From Azolla caroliniana (taxonomy: Eukaryota; Plantae; Polypodiophyta): a DNA stretch of 64,000 nt. The position numbers and the translations under genes are program-made. A model generated the notes under the pieces. That model was not told the DNA's origin. It worked only from the letters and a program-made list of their open reading frames with translations, and searched no databases. Shown in pieces: positions 38,850 to 52,190 of the stretch. Where the stretch lies: NCBI GenBank assembly GCA_043228905.1, contig JBHGNT010000002.1:15934001-15998000 (forward strand). The letters are read 5' to 3'. Position 1 is the first letter of the stretch; each line of letters starts with the position of its first letter.

Positions 38850-41760
38850 CTCAAAATATCTGGACGAACGAAGGAGTCTCATTTCGCGAATGAAAGCTTT
38901 TGAGAGCACAACAAAGCACACAAGTTTCCGAAAGAACACATGTGATTAACCAAGCCCAAGCACCCACCCGTAGTAGCGAAATCGACGAACAGTATACAGA
39001 GCCGATGGCACTCTCGACCGCCACCATAGATTGGCTCAACAAGAACGGCCTTGAGGGATTTATCTGAGTGGTTGAAGCACCACCGCACGAGGAACCAGAG
39101 AAGGTCACAACAACGATCGACCTCGACGAGCTCTCCGAAGGAACAATACAAGACCTCATCGGATTACCCTCCGGAGGTCTGTGCTCCATTGAGAACCCCT
39201 CCACCAAAATACTGACAGATTAATTTGGGGACTTCTCAATAGCAAGCAAGGCTACCGGACATAGGGCATCAGAAATCTCCTATTCGGGGAAGTGGCTCGG
39301 GTGTTGCTCGAGTACGGAATTGTTCATCCTTGACCACTCGCCATGCCGAAGAACAGGTCTGATTTCATCATCACCACATTTGAAGGCCTTAAGGTGGACT
39401 GGTTGGTGATAGTGGCCAACTCACTACGGGTGGGAATCGTGTCCGTAATGGATGGGAAGAAAGCATGGGGCGGATTAGCATAGTGGCTAACGATATTGTT
39501 ACCCCCAACACGCACCATCAAACCGAAGAAGCAAGCCCGATTGGAGATCACACCCAACAAGCCATCCAAATAGCATCAACTCCTACCAAAACACAACCCC
39601 GGATTGACAACAAGGGACTCATCTCGGCGGGAAGAAGAAGTGCTAGATACTTGGAGACAAGAGCCGGTTGAGAAAGTTTCGGAAAAGACGGCAAAACCGA
39701 TCAAGATAAAGCTATGAAAGAGACCAGGATGAAGTGGTATACAGGGTAAACCAGGAAACCGTGGAAAAGGAGGTTGAAGACGAACCAACCGAAACCCTCC
39801 AACGTCACCCAAGGAAGCGTGACAATGAGCAATGGGGGGAAGGATCGGGTTCGGAGGACAATACACCGATTCCCCGCTCCATGGTGGTGGAACCCAGACC
39901 GGAAACGGAGCCAGCCAACAAACCTGAAGTGGTCAAGACAGTTCAATTGGAACCGGAGTTAGAAGGACATACATCACCGGGTCTTCTAGGGCAACATCAG
40001 TAAGAGGAATACCTATCGGAGCAGAGATTGGAGCAAATGGAGTCGTTTGCATAATGGGTCAAGGGGGAGCAAGAAATAAGGCCGGAGCCAATATAGAAAT
40101 TCGTTGTACTCACACAACACGGAACATGTCGGCAATGGTTAGAATGGCTTGGGAAACATGTATCTAATGTGGCTGACCGGATAGATGAAGAGAAACGGAT
40201 GGAGCAGAGACGGGTGGAACAGTTGCTGACAACAACTGAAGAATTGGATAAGGCCCAAAATCAAATTCAGAGCATGGAGGAGGAGTTGGCAAGGGCCAAG
40301 GAGTTTGGGGTCCTCATGTAAAAAATGGACCATGGTACAAGCTCCGGAACAGCGCTGGTAGAACTGGCTAATTTACAGAAGAAAGCTCCAAAAAGGATGC
40401 AGAATTGGTGGCCGTAACAGCCCCAAAAAAAGAAGATGAGTGGGAACAAGAAATACAAACATTAAGGAAGGAATTAGCCACTCAAGAAGCATTAAGAGAG
40501 TGAGAAAGAGATTAGAGGAAGACAATCGAAGAAGAGAAACGGAGGACTGAGGAATGTCTCCAAAACAGTCAAGTGAACAACAACCGACTGAAGGAAGAAA
40601 GAGAGAAGCAACTGCAGGAAAAAGACAAGTTCCTGAGGAGGATGGCCGAAACAGAGATAGACAGGCTAAAGGAAGAGATTCGGCAACAAAAGGACCGGGA
40701 AGATTGGGTATGCTCTCAAATTAACCAGCGCCAAAAGCAGAAAACGGAAGACTTCAAGAGCTACATAGGGATCATAAGCAACTTGAAGCGAAACATAAGA
40801 AGCTAGGGTTGGATTATGATCGACACCAAGAAAAGCTTGAGGTGGTCCAGACGGAGCTAAAGGAAAAAACAGAGGCGCTAATAGATCAAGGTAAAATCAT
40901 GGATGAGATGATGACGAAGGTGATGGAGGAAGCGGCAAAAGAAAGAACGGAACTCCAACAAAGCACTACAAGGAAGTGCAACGGGCAAAGACGGTTTTGG
41001 ATAGGTTACAAATGACCTACCAGACCCAATTTTTGGAATATGAAGTGCAGGCAAAGGCCACCGCTGTCCTCATCAAACAGTTCAAGGACGAGAAGCAGGC
41101 CATGGAGGATAGTACAAACCTTAGCGTTGAACGGATCTAGATGATAGTCACGACATGGAAAAACCGGACGACGAAAATATTGACGCTTGTTCGGCCACAA
41201 TATGGAATCAATGGTCACAACAAGCGGTAGAACTACAGATCCTCAGAGCCGATGTGGAAAACCGGAAGAAGGTGGGCAACAATTTCTACAAGATGGATGA
41301 GGAAAGCATTATCACCATTCGAGAGGAATTGTCGGATGATTTTTTGCCTTGGCCAAACCTCACCTCAAAGTTGTCTAGAGGCTGATTGAAAGGCTCGATG
41401 AAAGGACACACAATTGCAGTTCGAGTGATATGAGCGGTAGCGTCAGCGGAAGGAAGCGGCCAAGCGAGCGGAGGCCATAAATATCATCAATGAGGAACAA
41501 CCCGTGGAGCCACAACCAAACCAGTAGTCGAATGAAGTCGAAGCGGAGCAACCAGTGAGAGACAATACGAAGCAGTTAGAGGGAGCCGATACGGATCATA
41601 CGTAAGCAGTCGTGATGGAGCAAGCGGAGAGAGCCAAAAATGAAAAGGAAGCCGAAATGGATCAACTAGAGGGAGTCAGAGCAGGACAACAACAATAACA
41701 GAATGAAGAACCACTCAAACCCTTGGATCAAAGTATTTTGGAGATACTTGACGAAGAGTG
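38850..41760 (+). pseudogene. Degenerate extra ORF (E/K/Q-rich, coiled-coil) in the 3' region of a Tat-like Gypsy
   Basis: Broken frames (IDWLNKNGLEGF, FEGLKVDW, long EEK/QE-rich helices) directly upstream of a family-B LTR. Confidence 0.55.
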
Positions 41761-41813
41761 AAAGACCTAACCCGTGGGTTCGACGTGTAGCGTTGTCCCA
41801 CGGGCGTGCCATG

Positions 41814-42260
41814 TGTTGGCCCGAGCATGATGCGGAGGAATATATGAGAAGGGACGAGTCAGATATGATAATTAGATTAATTAGTAATTAGGAATATTAT
41901 AGGAACGGACAGATCCGAAATAGTTGTACCGATCCGGATCCGGACCGATTGATAGCCGGTAGCTGGTAAGGCACCATTTTGTATTTCCAACCGGATGCCT
42001 ATAAAAGGATCCTATAAAAGTTTAAGCGTCTACTTTAATTCTATTGTGTCTCTTGCTTACTTACCATTCTACACTTTCATTCATAATCTTACGGGTGTTT
42101 TCATTAATCGGTTGTGTATTAATCATCCGGAGAATATCCAGAAAATACTCGGATTGGAATCAGATCTGTGCCGAATAACATCATTCCCTTAACCACCCTT
42201 TGGTGAAGTGTCCAGAACGGACACCCCTGTGTTTGTGGCTATGTCCTACCCAGAGTAAAA
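41814..42260 (+). repeat. Gypsy family B 3' LTR
   Basis: TGTTGGCC start; GGTAAGGCACCATTTTGTA, TATAAAAGGATCC and CCCTGTGTTTGTGGCT shared with the reverse complement of 11535-12022. Confidence 0.75.
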
Positions 42261-42299
42261 TCTGTTTATGTTTCTACATTGACGGCCTTAGTTCCCAAC

Positions 42300-42667
42300 A
42301 GGCTGTTTGCCTAACTATAGTGCCTATGCCACTTCGAGCCTAATTGCTTTCGACGGCGATAGATTAATAAGATATAATGCCATCTACAATGCTTCGGCCC
42401 AAAGCTCTAGCTTTAGTCCGGCTTGTTGGAGCATTTCCACCACCCCCTCCTAGATCGTTTGGTTGATCCGTTCTGCCACTCCATTCTGCATGGGTGTGTA
42501 TGGAACAATCTTTTGATGTCTGATCCCTTTGTCGAATAGGTACTATTTGAAGGTCCGAGAGGCGTATTTTCCTCCTTGTTAGATCGTAGTGTCTTCACTT
42601 TGTGTCCCGACCGGTTCTCCACTTCAGTTATCCATCGAGTGAAGACCTCAAGCGCCTCGAACCCCAA
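42300..42667 (-). pseudogene. Copia integrase fragment
   Basis: EVENRSGHKVKTLRS...PMQNGVAER (frameshifted). Confidence 0.75.
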
Positions 42668-43024
42668 AATTTAAATCTAAATGTATAAAGTCTACACCAC
42701 CCCTCAAGTATCAAAGCTAACACACATGTATAATTGTATTTATATATATAACACATTTTTTAGCAACACTTTTACTTTTAGTGGGAAACCTCAAAGTGGG
42801 GTGAAAACCCACAAAGAATAAAGAGAAGTATACAAGTGTCGATTAGACACTAAAGAGCTTAGAAGCACTCAAAGTAAAGGTTGTAAATTTGTAGCGTGAT
42901 CTCCCTAGGTTGAAGACAATCAAATAGAGATTGGCTAAGGGGTTGCTTAAAGATGCTAACTTCATACAAATGTTGTCGATCAAAGACCTTATTATTGCGT
43001 TTTGTCCAAATGCTCTAGAGTGCC

Positions 43025-43490
43025 TATTGAGCGGGCAAGCTCAACCGGATCCGGATTGACTGAATAAACCAGAGCCGGATTGGTATTTGGAACGGAGAAC
43101 CGGATAAGTACCTAGATCAATGTTCGGATATATCGGTATCCGGAACCTAGAGCCGGATCAGAGATCCAGATCAAGATGAACTGATAGGCCGTTAGAGGCC
43201 TACGGATCTAGCCTAGTACGTAGGCATATTTTTAGGAGTTAGTGTCAGTTGCTCGTATGAGCATTGAAATACATGTCAATACTTCTGTCAGTCCTTCATG
43301 GACTTGTATAAAAGAGCTCACTAAGCACATTGTATGTACAAAGAGTTTTTAGTGTTTTGGAATACACACGTTTTTTGTGTTCAGCTCTAACTCTGTCTCT
43401 CCCGTGTAAGGTTTCCATTAAACCTGTGTCTGTATTCTTTTGTTGTCCGGATGAGCTGGTTTTGTCTTAGCTTCCACAATCATATTATTT
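43025..43490 (+). repeat. Family H LTR, degenerate
   Basis: TATTGAGCGGGCAAGCTCAAC start and the same core motif as 12738-13353. Confidence 0.7.
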
Positions 43491-44950
43491 TACAATGCCC
43501 ATACAACATACAAGCACATACAACACACACACACACACACACACACAACACATACAAGCACATTTTATAGAAACATAAAATATTACTAACGACACAAACA
43601 CACACATATTTAGAAACACATAAAACCATACATAAGACGAACACAAATATTCTCAAACAACATTTGTACTTACATATGCAAACATTTTAAACACATATTC
43701 GCCGAATACAATCACCTACATGTACACACAAGAATGCATACAAACACATTTATTAACCTAAACATACACAACCCCCTTACATTATTACACAAATTTGCAC
43801 ATGCACTCATATGGACATTTTTACATATACAAAGAAATTGAAAGATACTACAAATATATGCATTGCACATTGGGATGCACACTTTCAAACTCAAGTATAT
43901 TTCAAATACTCACATTCCACATAGAGCTCCACATTACAACATAATACCAAAGACACGAAATGTACATTTGCATGTGCACTTGAGCGAACTAGGAATGGAA
44001 AACACCAGAAGCGCGACCACATGCTAACTTGCTATTGGACTTTGCAAACCTCATTGGTAATACCTCCAAACCTGTCTTCCCTAGTTTGGGACCCTAGTGG
44101 GCCATCCACATCTTCCACATCCTTCATGCAAATTCTTGTGATATTGTGTACACAAATCAACATAGATAATCACAATTTATAGAGTATTGAGGAGAAACAA
44201 AATTGTATTTCATTATGTATAGCCTCGACTAACAGTCAATTGACAAACATTGGCTCTATTACAATTGCACCTCGTGGCTAACTTATAAATGTGACGTGGT
44301 AAGTCACTATTAAGTTACTCACCTTAACAATATTTGATTTGTTGGGCAACCTAACCAATACTTCCTATCATACTAAAACCACCCCTGTGTTTTAATTAAA
44401 CAACTCTAATTCTCCTAAGAATTTACACTTGCTCCCTTGTTGGGTCTCCCGCTGTTGACACATTCTCAAAAAGCAATAATGTATCGATTTCCATCACACG
44501 GTTTTCACATATCTTATGCTTCACACTCACTCAGAGAAAATGAGGCTGTAACACATAGAACAAAAATTATAGAGTGTGACAAGATCCGAGAAGTTCACAA
44601 CTATATGTTGTCTGTGGGCATGTGGAAGATCATGAACTCGAATGCTTGTAGGATCAACATACAATGGTAAATTTGGAACTTAGAGGGGCATTCTGGTAAA
44701 TAGGCGAACTTCCAGGGGTATCCTGGTACTTTTCCCTAAATTACAATAACCTTCTTTACAATAGTGGTGGTGCTCGTGCAGGTTGTGGTGGTATGTAATG
44801 AATGAGAAGAGACTCACTTCTCCCGTAAGGGGTGGGGGGCATGGTGATTCCCATAGAAGAAGAAGAAGAAGAAGAAGAAGAAGAAGAAGAGGTTGTTAGA
44901 TGTTCTGACGTCCTTTCCTTCTCTCAATACATGCAGGCAAAGGCAAGGTG

Positions 44951-46702
44951 ATGCTCGTGAGGAGGTGGAGGTGGGGGCTGAGGCTGGGCGATGGCTTCTC
45001 AGAAGTCCCACGCAGAGAAAGAGAAAGAGAAAGAGAAAGAGAAAGAGCAAGAAGCACAGCAACCAGAAGCAGGGGATTGTCACTACTCTCCCAAGCTTTA
45101 TCACAAATTGCATCAGATAGCCGGGGCCGTCTAGAGCTGTTGGAGCAAGTGAAGGCGATTGGTCGTATCATAAGGCAGTCGGATTGGGACCCAAACTCCA
45201 GACGCGCCTCCTCAAGCCTAGGGTTCACCCTTACTCCAGATCACGTGACACACCTCATTAGTGGCCTTTCCACAACGAATCACAGAGGTGGTACGGGAAG
45301 CGATATAGACACCTATACTGATGAGTACTCATCAGGTATCAGTGCCTGTGGAGGTACGGGCGAGCTCCCAGATGCGCCTGTCTGGGCACTTCGCATCTAC
45401 ATTTGGGCAGCACGGCAACCCGGATACCGACACAATGCCATAATCAGAAGCCTCGTTCTTGAACTATGGGAACCTAGAGAACTAGTTCTACCTTTCCTTC
45501 ATGTGGTAGACAACCCTTCTCTTCTCAACTCGCCCGAAAAATTCACCCTCTTGATCCAGGGCTACGGATTGGCACGAATGCCTGACATGGCTATGTCTAC
45601 CCTGACGAGAATGACTGCATCTGGGTTTCATCCCGACGTCACACATTTCAATGCACTGTTGTTTGTTCTTGTCCATGAAAACCGTCTCCCGACGATGAGA
45701 GAGCTTTTCAAACACATGCTAGACAGAGGTATCATCCCTAATGCATCCACTTATGCTCTCCGTGTTCGTGCCTATGCAGCATCTGGTCAATTCGAAGAAG
45801 CCCATAAGGCCTTTCGGCAAATGCTAAAAGCGGGGTTCCGCCCTGATTTGAAGACTTTTGGTTACCTCATTGATTCCATGTGTAAGGCTAAACGTACCCG
45901 TCTCCTCTATGTCATTCTTGTTGATTTGCATGAGCATCGATGTAGCCCTGATGTGTCTATATATCATGAGCTACTGGAGGGTCTTTGCCGCAATGATTGT
46001 GTTAAAGATGCTGAAAAAGTGGTTAAGCTTATCCGAGAGCGAGGTATTAACCCTAGCTCATTTGTATGTAATGTCCTCGCCAAAGGGCAATGCAGAGAAG
46101 GTAAAATACAGTGTGCTCTTACACAAGTCCATGACATGATTAAACATGGGTTTCTTCCAAACCCAGATGTTTTTGATTTGTTGTTGATCAACCTATTCAA
46201 GCATGGTCGGATTGGCAACATATGCAAACTTCTGAGTAAGCTCGTGGATCGAGGGTTTGTACCTCCTATATCAAGCTACAACATATTGATCTATGGGATG
46301 TGTAAATGTGAGGAAATAGACAAAGCATTTGAAAGTTGGGGAATTGTAGTGCGATTTTGCCTTCCAAGTGTGAAAGTGTATAGGGCACTTATTGAAGGGC
46401 TATGTAAATCGGGTAGAGTGGCTGAAGCAAAACTTGTTTTCCAAACAACTATAGGGAAGGGAGGTACAGGTGATGATGCTGCCCATGATGTATTGATTCT
46501 GAGATTGAAGCAAGCCGGAAGGCTAAATGATGTGAGGGAATGTCAAGGAATACTTGACGTAAGGAGACAAAGAAAAACTCATGATGATGAGGATTTAGGG
46601 AGGTCCTTCCTAGAAATCACTACTGATCATGGGCATAGGGAAAAAAACGTTGACGATGAGAATCATGGTAGTGAAGATTTCAGTGATGATGAGAAATTTT
46701 AA
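44951..46702 (+). CDS. P-class pentatricopeptide repeat (PPR) protein, intronless, ~583 aa
   Basis: Tandem ~35-aa repeats (PDVTHFNALL, PNASTYALRV, PDLKTFGYLIDSMCK, PDVSIYHELLEGLC, SSYNILIYGMCK, YRALIEGLCKSGR); no E/DYW tail; Arg-rich N-terminus. First ATG 44951. Confidence 0.92.
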   Translation: MLVRRWRWGLRLGDGFSEVPRRERERERERERARSTATRSRGLSLLSQALSQIASDSRGRLELLEQVKAIGRIIRQSDWDPNSRRASSSLGFTLTPDHVTHLISGLSTTNHRGGTGSDIDTYTDEYSSGISACGGTGELPDAPVWALRIYIWAARQPGYRHNAIIRSLVLELWEPRELVLPFLHVVDNPSLLNSPEKFTLLIQGYGLARMPDMAMSTLTRMTASGFHPDVTHFNALLFVLVHENRLPTMRELFKHMLDRGIIPNASTYALRVRAYAASGQFEEAHKAFRQMLKAGFRPDLKTFGYLIDSMCKAKRTRLLYVILVDLHEHRCSPDVSIYHELLEGLCRNDCVKDAEKVVKLIRERGINPSSFVCNVLAKGQCREGKIQCALTQVHDMIKHGFLPNPDVFDLLLINLFKHGRIGNICKLLSKLVDRGFVPPISSYNILIYGMCKCEEIDKAFESWGIVVRFCLPSVKVYRALIEGLCKSGRVAEAKLVFQTTIGKGGTGDDAAHDVLILRLKQAGRLNDVRECQGILDVRRQRKTHDDEDLGRSFLEITTDHGHREKNVDDENHGSEDFSDDEKF

Positions 46703-47809
46703 TAAGGACCCTCCAAGGTATGACTATATACACTGTATGTATCAATTCAATCTGATAATATACTTCAAGATATATGTTATAGAATTAAAGTTTTGTTCTA
46801 CTAAGTATGTGGTTTATGTGATTTACTTCATGTTGAAGATTGCTGTGTAATCATCATTATTGTTCGAATATTTTTATTATTCAATCATATTGGTGATATT
46901 TTCATCTCTTGCTATCGTTTCTTTTTCATTCAGGATAGTTTGTCAGTATGTATACCTGATTGTTACGGATTTCTCTTGAATAAACATTGAACAATATTGT
47001 CAAGAGACAACCATGAGTATCAATAATGAGAATATGACCAACATGAGTTGGTGTATATTTTATGAAGGAAACTAAGAATTGGAGCATAGACGGCATAGGT
47101 CCAAATGATGGGTATCATAGTTTTTCTATCCAGAATCGGTATGACCATCATAATACATCTATTTCATATCTTGAAGGCATATTCTATGTACTAGATTGTT
47201 GCACATTCCAACTGTTCAATGTATTTTGTCTATCGGCATTCGGTCATGTTCTTCTTAATTTACCTCTCACATAGCATTTGGAAAGAAATGTAATTTTTGG
47301 GTAATTTCACTAGCATTAAATTTTGAAAATCCCTTTATACACCAGAAAGTTAAAAGACTTTTAACTTCATACAACGGTCTTCTTGTTTTGTTCATTTTCC
47401 CTTTGAACAATTTCTTGCAAAACTGATTATTTTAAAATTGGTTCATGATAAGGGTACAGAATTTCAGGATTGAAATTGATATTTTGGGAGATAACCATAG
47501 GGTTGAAGTTAAAATTATCTGTCATAAACTAAGGTTAGTAGGCTTATGTTGTGAATTGATCATGTTGCTTTATCAAGCTATGTGTAGGTAGGAGGTAAAA
47601 TACATATGACAACCATAAAAGCTGAACATGATATTTAGTTAATATATATCTGACAAATTGATGGACATTATTCAAATCAGTAAGACAAGGTTATCCACTA
47701 AGTTGTTCTCTTTTATGCCATTGACACAAATCCACTTCTACATTTGATGGCAACATTGGCTATTGATTAGAATCAAATTCAACTAGTGTGAACACACCTT
47801 GAGAGTAGG

Positions 47810-49230
47810 TTTGTCAGGCCCATACCAACTTGTTTTGGAACACATTGGGTTTGTCCCAACTCACTTTGGGACCACATTCCAATTGGGACTGTTTAGGAGC
47901 ACCGCATTCTCCCCGGTCAACTAGAGCTTGAGTCCCTATACAATCATGGGTTATTCTCGATTCTTGTAGTAATCGAGTACCATTTCTCGATGTCCCTTAA
48001 TCATTGTAGCTTCTTCTATCCAAATGGACTCTAAGGGCGATTGATCTTTGTCCTTTACTAAGAACTAGACTTGTCCTTTTCATAGTCGTTGTTGAAGGAT
48101 AGCCTCTGGTATGAAAGAAGTGATAGTGGTGGTGGTCCATGGCCCCACTTCCGTTTAGGTACAAATTTCTTGAGGAGGCTCACATGGAATGTATTATGGA
48201 TGCATAGCCTTGGTGGTAACTGAAGGTTGTATGTCACATTATTGATGCATCTCAATACTTTGTACTGCCCATAGAACCGATGATTAAGTTTTGCCATCAA
48301 CGGCTCTAGGAGTCGGATATGTTTGGCGTTCACTAGCAACAAATCACCAATCTGGAAGGACACATCCTTCCTTTGCTTGTTAGCTTGATTTATCATTGCT
48401 TCTTTGCCTTTAAGTAGGTTCTCTTGTGCCTTGGAACAAGTTTCTTGCCAAGCCTTCAAAAACTCATCCAAATCCTCACTTCTAGTAACGTTGGTTTGGC
48501 ACTCATTGCTAATGGTGTTGCGACCTCCTTTCGTATTGGTAGTCGGAAAGGTGAAAAACTTGTAGCTGAATGTTTAGTTGGGTTTTAACCAAATTCTAGG
48601 GTGTCCAAGTGATCAACCCAATTCTTCTAATTAGTCTGAACATAACACCTCAAGTAATCCTCAAGGCCCCGATTAAGGTTTTTTCTCTGTCCATTCGTCT
48701 TAGGATGGTGTGAGGAAGACATTCTTAGTTCCGTGGCCATGAGCCGGCGAATCTTGCAAAAAATCACTAGTGAAGCGAGGGTCATGGTCCGAGACTATTG
48801 TCAATGACAATCCATGATATTTGAAAACATACTTGAAGAAGACCTTGGTTGTGGCATGCGATGTTATTGGTGGCTTCATTGCCACAAAATGAGCTTGTTT
48901 GGTCAAATAATCGACCACCACCAATATGGTGTTGTGCCCTTGTAACGGAGGAAGGTGCATCACAAAATCCATGCTTATGATGTCCCAAGGTTCCTTTGGT
49001 ATTGGCATTGCTTGTAGTAGTTTGTTAGGTTGCCTATGAGGGGCTTTTATCCTTTGGCAAATTGGACACCAGATATATTCCTCAACTTCTCCTCTCATCT
49101 TTGGCCAAAAATAGTGTGAACCTTTAATCTTTCGTAAGTTATTGTTTGTTCCCCATGTCCCGCCATCTTGTAGTCATGCGCTTCTGCTAGTAGAAGACGT
49201 TTCGGGGTTGTGTTGATGGAAGTTGTATGT
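47810..49230 (-). mobile_element. Gypsy chromovirus-like 3' remnant (integrase, chromodomain-like tail, PPT, LTR start)
   Basis: CPICQRIK, ISMDFV, VVVDYLTKQAHF, SDHDPRFTS, GPY/F module (FYGQYKV...IHNTFHVSLLK); PPT near 47910. Confidence 0.85.
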
Positions 49231-49233
49231 ATC

Positions 49234-52190
49234 TGTTGGCCGGTCGGTAACCTAAAGTGTAAAGGTCGACAAGAGGAGTTGGAGTCGGAGTCAAACAACT
49301 ATGAAAAGAGAGAAGTCGAATATTGTATTTTTGCTAAGTAAAAAATAGAGTAATTTAGAAAATAGAACGGTTAGTATAACTGTAGGTTCTTGTCGAACAA
49401 GCAAGTGTATATCTTGGAGAAGACTCTCATGTCACCTATAAAAAGGGACCGAGAGCATTATATCATGATTGGTCTATTGTGATTAGTAATATAATTTTGG
49501 TAGTTGGAGTATATATTGTGTCGTATGTTCTGTTTCTCTACTACGTAGATTATAGCTATCATTATCAGTCGATCAAGTTTGTAAGTTATACTTGTACTAA
49601 TGAAATATGATTGATTAATATCTGGATAACGATTAAGTGATTATCATAGTCGACAAAAATTCATCTCCTACCACAATCTTCCGATAGGACGACTTAGTGA
49701 TTAAGTCGTTCGACTCATTGTGTCAGTCGACAGAGAGACAACACAATATTTTGGCACGCCTGGTTACATCTGCTGCGAGTAGAGAACAAGGATAATGGAA
49801 GTCTTCTGGTCGACTTAGTACAGACCAGCCTACAGGAAGCAGAAGACCACACATGAGATCGGAGATTCGACGTGTAGAAGAAGGTAATTCCAATAGTTTG
49901 GAGTTTGTAGAACAAATCCAGCAAGAACATGAAGGGGAATTAAGCGAAGTTCCAAGTTTATACACCAACAGTAGTTTGGACGAGGAGCCGTCCGACTAGA
50001 ACTGTTACCTGAGAAACTTAGTAGAAGTTTTTGAGGAGGATACAATGTCGTATCCCTATCCCAAATACAATGATGAAGCCAATGTAGAGGTGCATATGTG
50101 CGCTTTCCTTACGACATGGCAAGCTAACCATGTGTCATAGAGATAGTTGGAAGCAGATGCTGAAAAATACAAGATCGCAGAGTTCGGATTGTCGCTTGAT
50201 GAGCAATCGGCGAATTGGTACTCACAACATGAGGTAGGTGAGATTGAATCCTTTAAACAACTAACCAACAAATTTATTAGGTTGTTCCATAGACAAATTC
50301 CAAAGAGAGAAGCCCATGAGTCAATTCTATGTGGCTTATCAAGAAGCTCATGAGACGGTTGCACAGTTCATTATTCGGTTTCAAAACTTGCGAAGGCAGT
50401 TAACACAACCTCTTCTTGAGGGAGATACTTTCTTATCGGCACTACGAGAGAAACTTCGGACAACATTAGCGGTGTTTGATTTTAAAGATCACTCACTAGA
50501 ATAGGTGATTGACAAAGCACTCATCATGGATAAAACGCAAACAAGTAATAGTATGTCTCTGGCATCATTACAGAAGTCCTTACCAACTCCGGAGGAATTA
50601 AGGTTTCGTCAAGCAATTCAGTGCACGACATGTTTGAATCCAGGGAAATCTACAATTGAATGCACTTTATGCACACATTGTCTGATTTGTCATTCAAAGG
50701 CACATATGATCGATCAATGCAAATATAATCTGCTGAACAAATTCGTGGCTCTAGTAAGACAGATACAACCTCATGATGACCACCAAGATGATATGAATCG
50801 GCAGATGCACCGGTTTTGGGATGATGATCGGCCAAGATACGATGATTGTTATCGTTCAGATCGAAATCAACAAGATGATTATCTAAGGGATGATCGCTAC
50901 AATGATTACTGGAGAGAAGATGACCGTCAAGATGATTACAATAGGGATAGTCGTAACAATTATGACATTGACCATTCACCAAGGCATGATAGAAATGATC
51001 GACGCCCTTACAAAGGTCATCGATATCATGATGATTGGAGATCCTATGACTTAAGGAGAAATGATGACAATCGACAACCTAATCGTCGTTTCAATGAGGA
51101 TAGATGGGACGACAATAGGTGACCCAAGGCATCCCGACAATTCCAATATAATTCTAAAGCTCGAGATGAGCCGGAACCATAGGATGTTCAGCAATCACGT
51201 TATGAGAATGGAGAATCTAGTGGGCCATCAATACCTAATTGCTACATTTGCAGAAAAGATGGACACTATGCAAATAAGTGTCTAACGAAAGACAAAAGGA
51301 AGGCTCCAATGGTAAATATGGTAACTACGAAAGTTCAACAGGCAAAATGAAACAATATGAGTGGGATGTGCAGGAAGTAGTTCGGAAGGCGGCCAAGCAA
51401 TGGGTAGATGAAGCCAACAACAACAATGTCACTAGGATGTTGAACGAGAATAATGAATGGGATATCACGCTAGACAATTAGGAATTCGACAAGAAGAAAT
51501 AATGGCCAAATCATCTGAAGATGATGACTCATGGCAAGTCTTGGCAGATTGCGAAATATCGTTGCCATTGGCAAGGTTACTAAAATTGGTATCTCGCTTC
51601 ACAGAAAAGGTCACTCACATTATGGCAAAAAATGAGTCGGAAAAGGTATCGGTTAACTTTACCAACCCAATTAAGGGACCAACAATAATGGACTAGCAAA
51701 GCCCAACAATTAAGGTAATCATTCAAGGTCAAGAGGTTCCGGGTAGTATAGTGGATGGTGGCTCAATAGTGAATGTATTAATAAAACCACATGTGATCGA
51801 CTGGCATCACAAAATGGGAGGCATGTCCATTCTGGTTACGAATGGCAAATACAAGTTTAAGGTAGTAGAGGAACGACTTCAAGAACGCGAAATAGAGATC
51901 CCACATGTACCCGATCGACAATTATGGGATCAACTACAAGAACATGAGAAGTTAGTTGAACGAACCAATAAAAGAAGAGAAGAGGTGGAGACCAAGGGGC
52001 AAACCAAGAAGAATCGACTCCGACAAGCTGGCCGGGGGTTGGACAAACTCCAGAAGAAAATGCAGGTCATGTTTTAGGCCAAGCATGAAGAAATTGATTA
52101 CCTCCATGAGCAATTGAATAATCGAGATAAACAACAAGACATGATAGAGGAGCTCGAATTAAGAACACCAGGTCATTTGAAACAGGTAAT
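49234..52190 (+). mobile_element. Tat-like Gypsy remnant: LTR (~49234-49745), PBS TGGCACGCC, degenerate gag with zinc knuckles, protease fragment
   Basis: gag 50045-51300 (ANWYSQH, CTTCLNPG, CYICRKDGHYANKC); protease motif IVDGGS at about 51750. Confidence 0.75.

Noticed and set aside
44680-44740. Mutator-like TIR end upstream of the PPR gene
   Set aside because: It resembles a ...TTTTCCC terminus, but no partner TIR or TSD was found.
50780-51120. D/R/Y-rich ORF as a host RNA-binding protein
   Set aside because: It lies between Gypsy gag zinc knuckles; a low-complexity gag linker.
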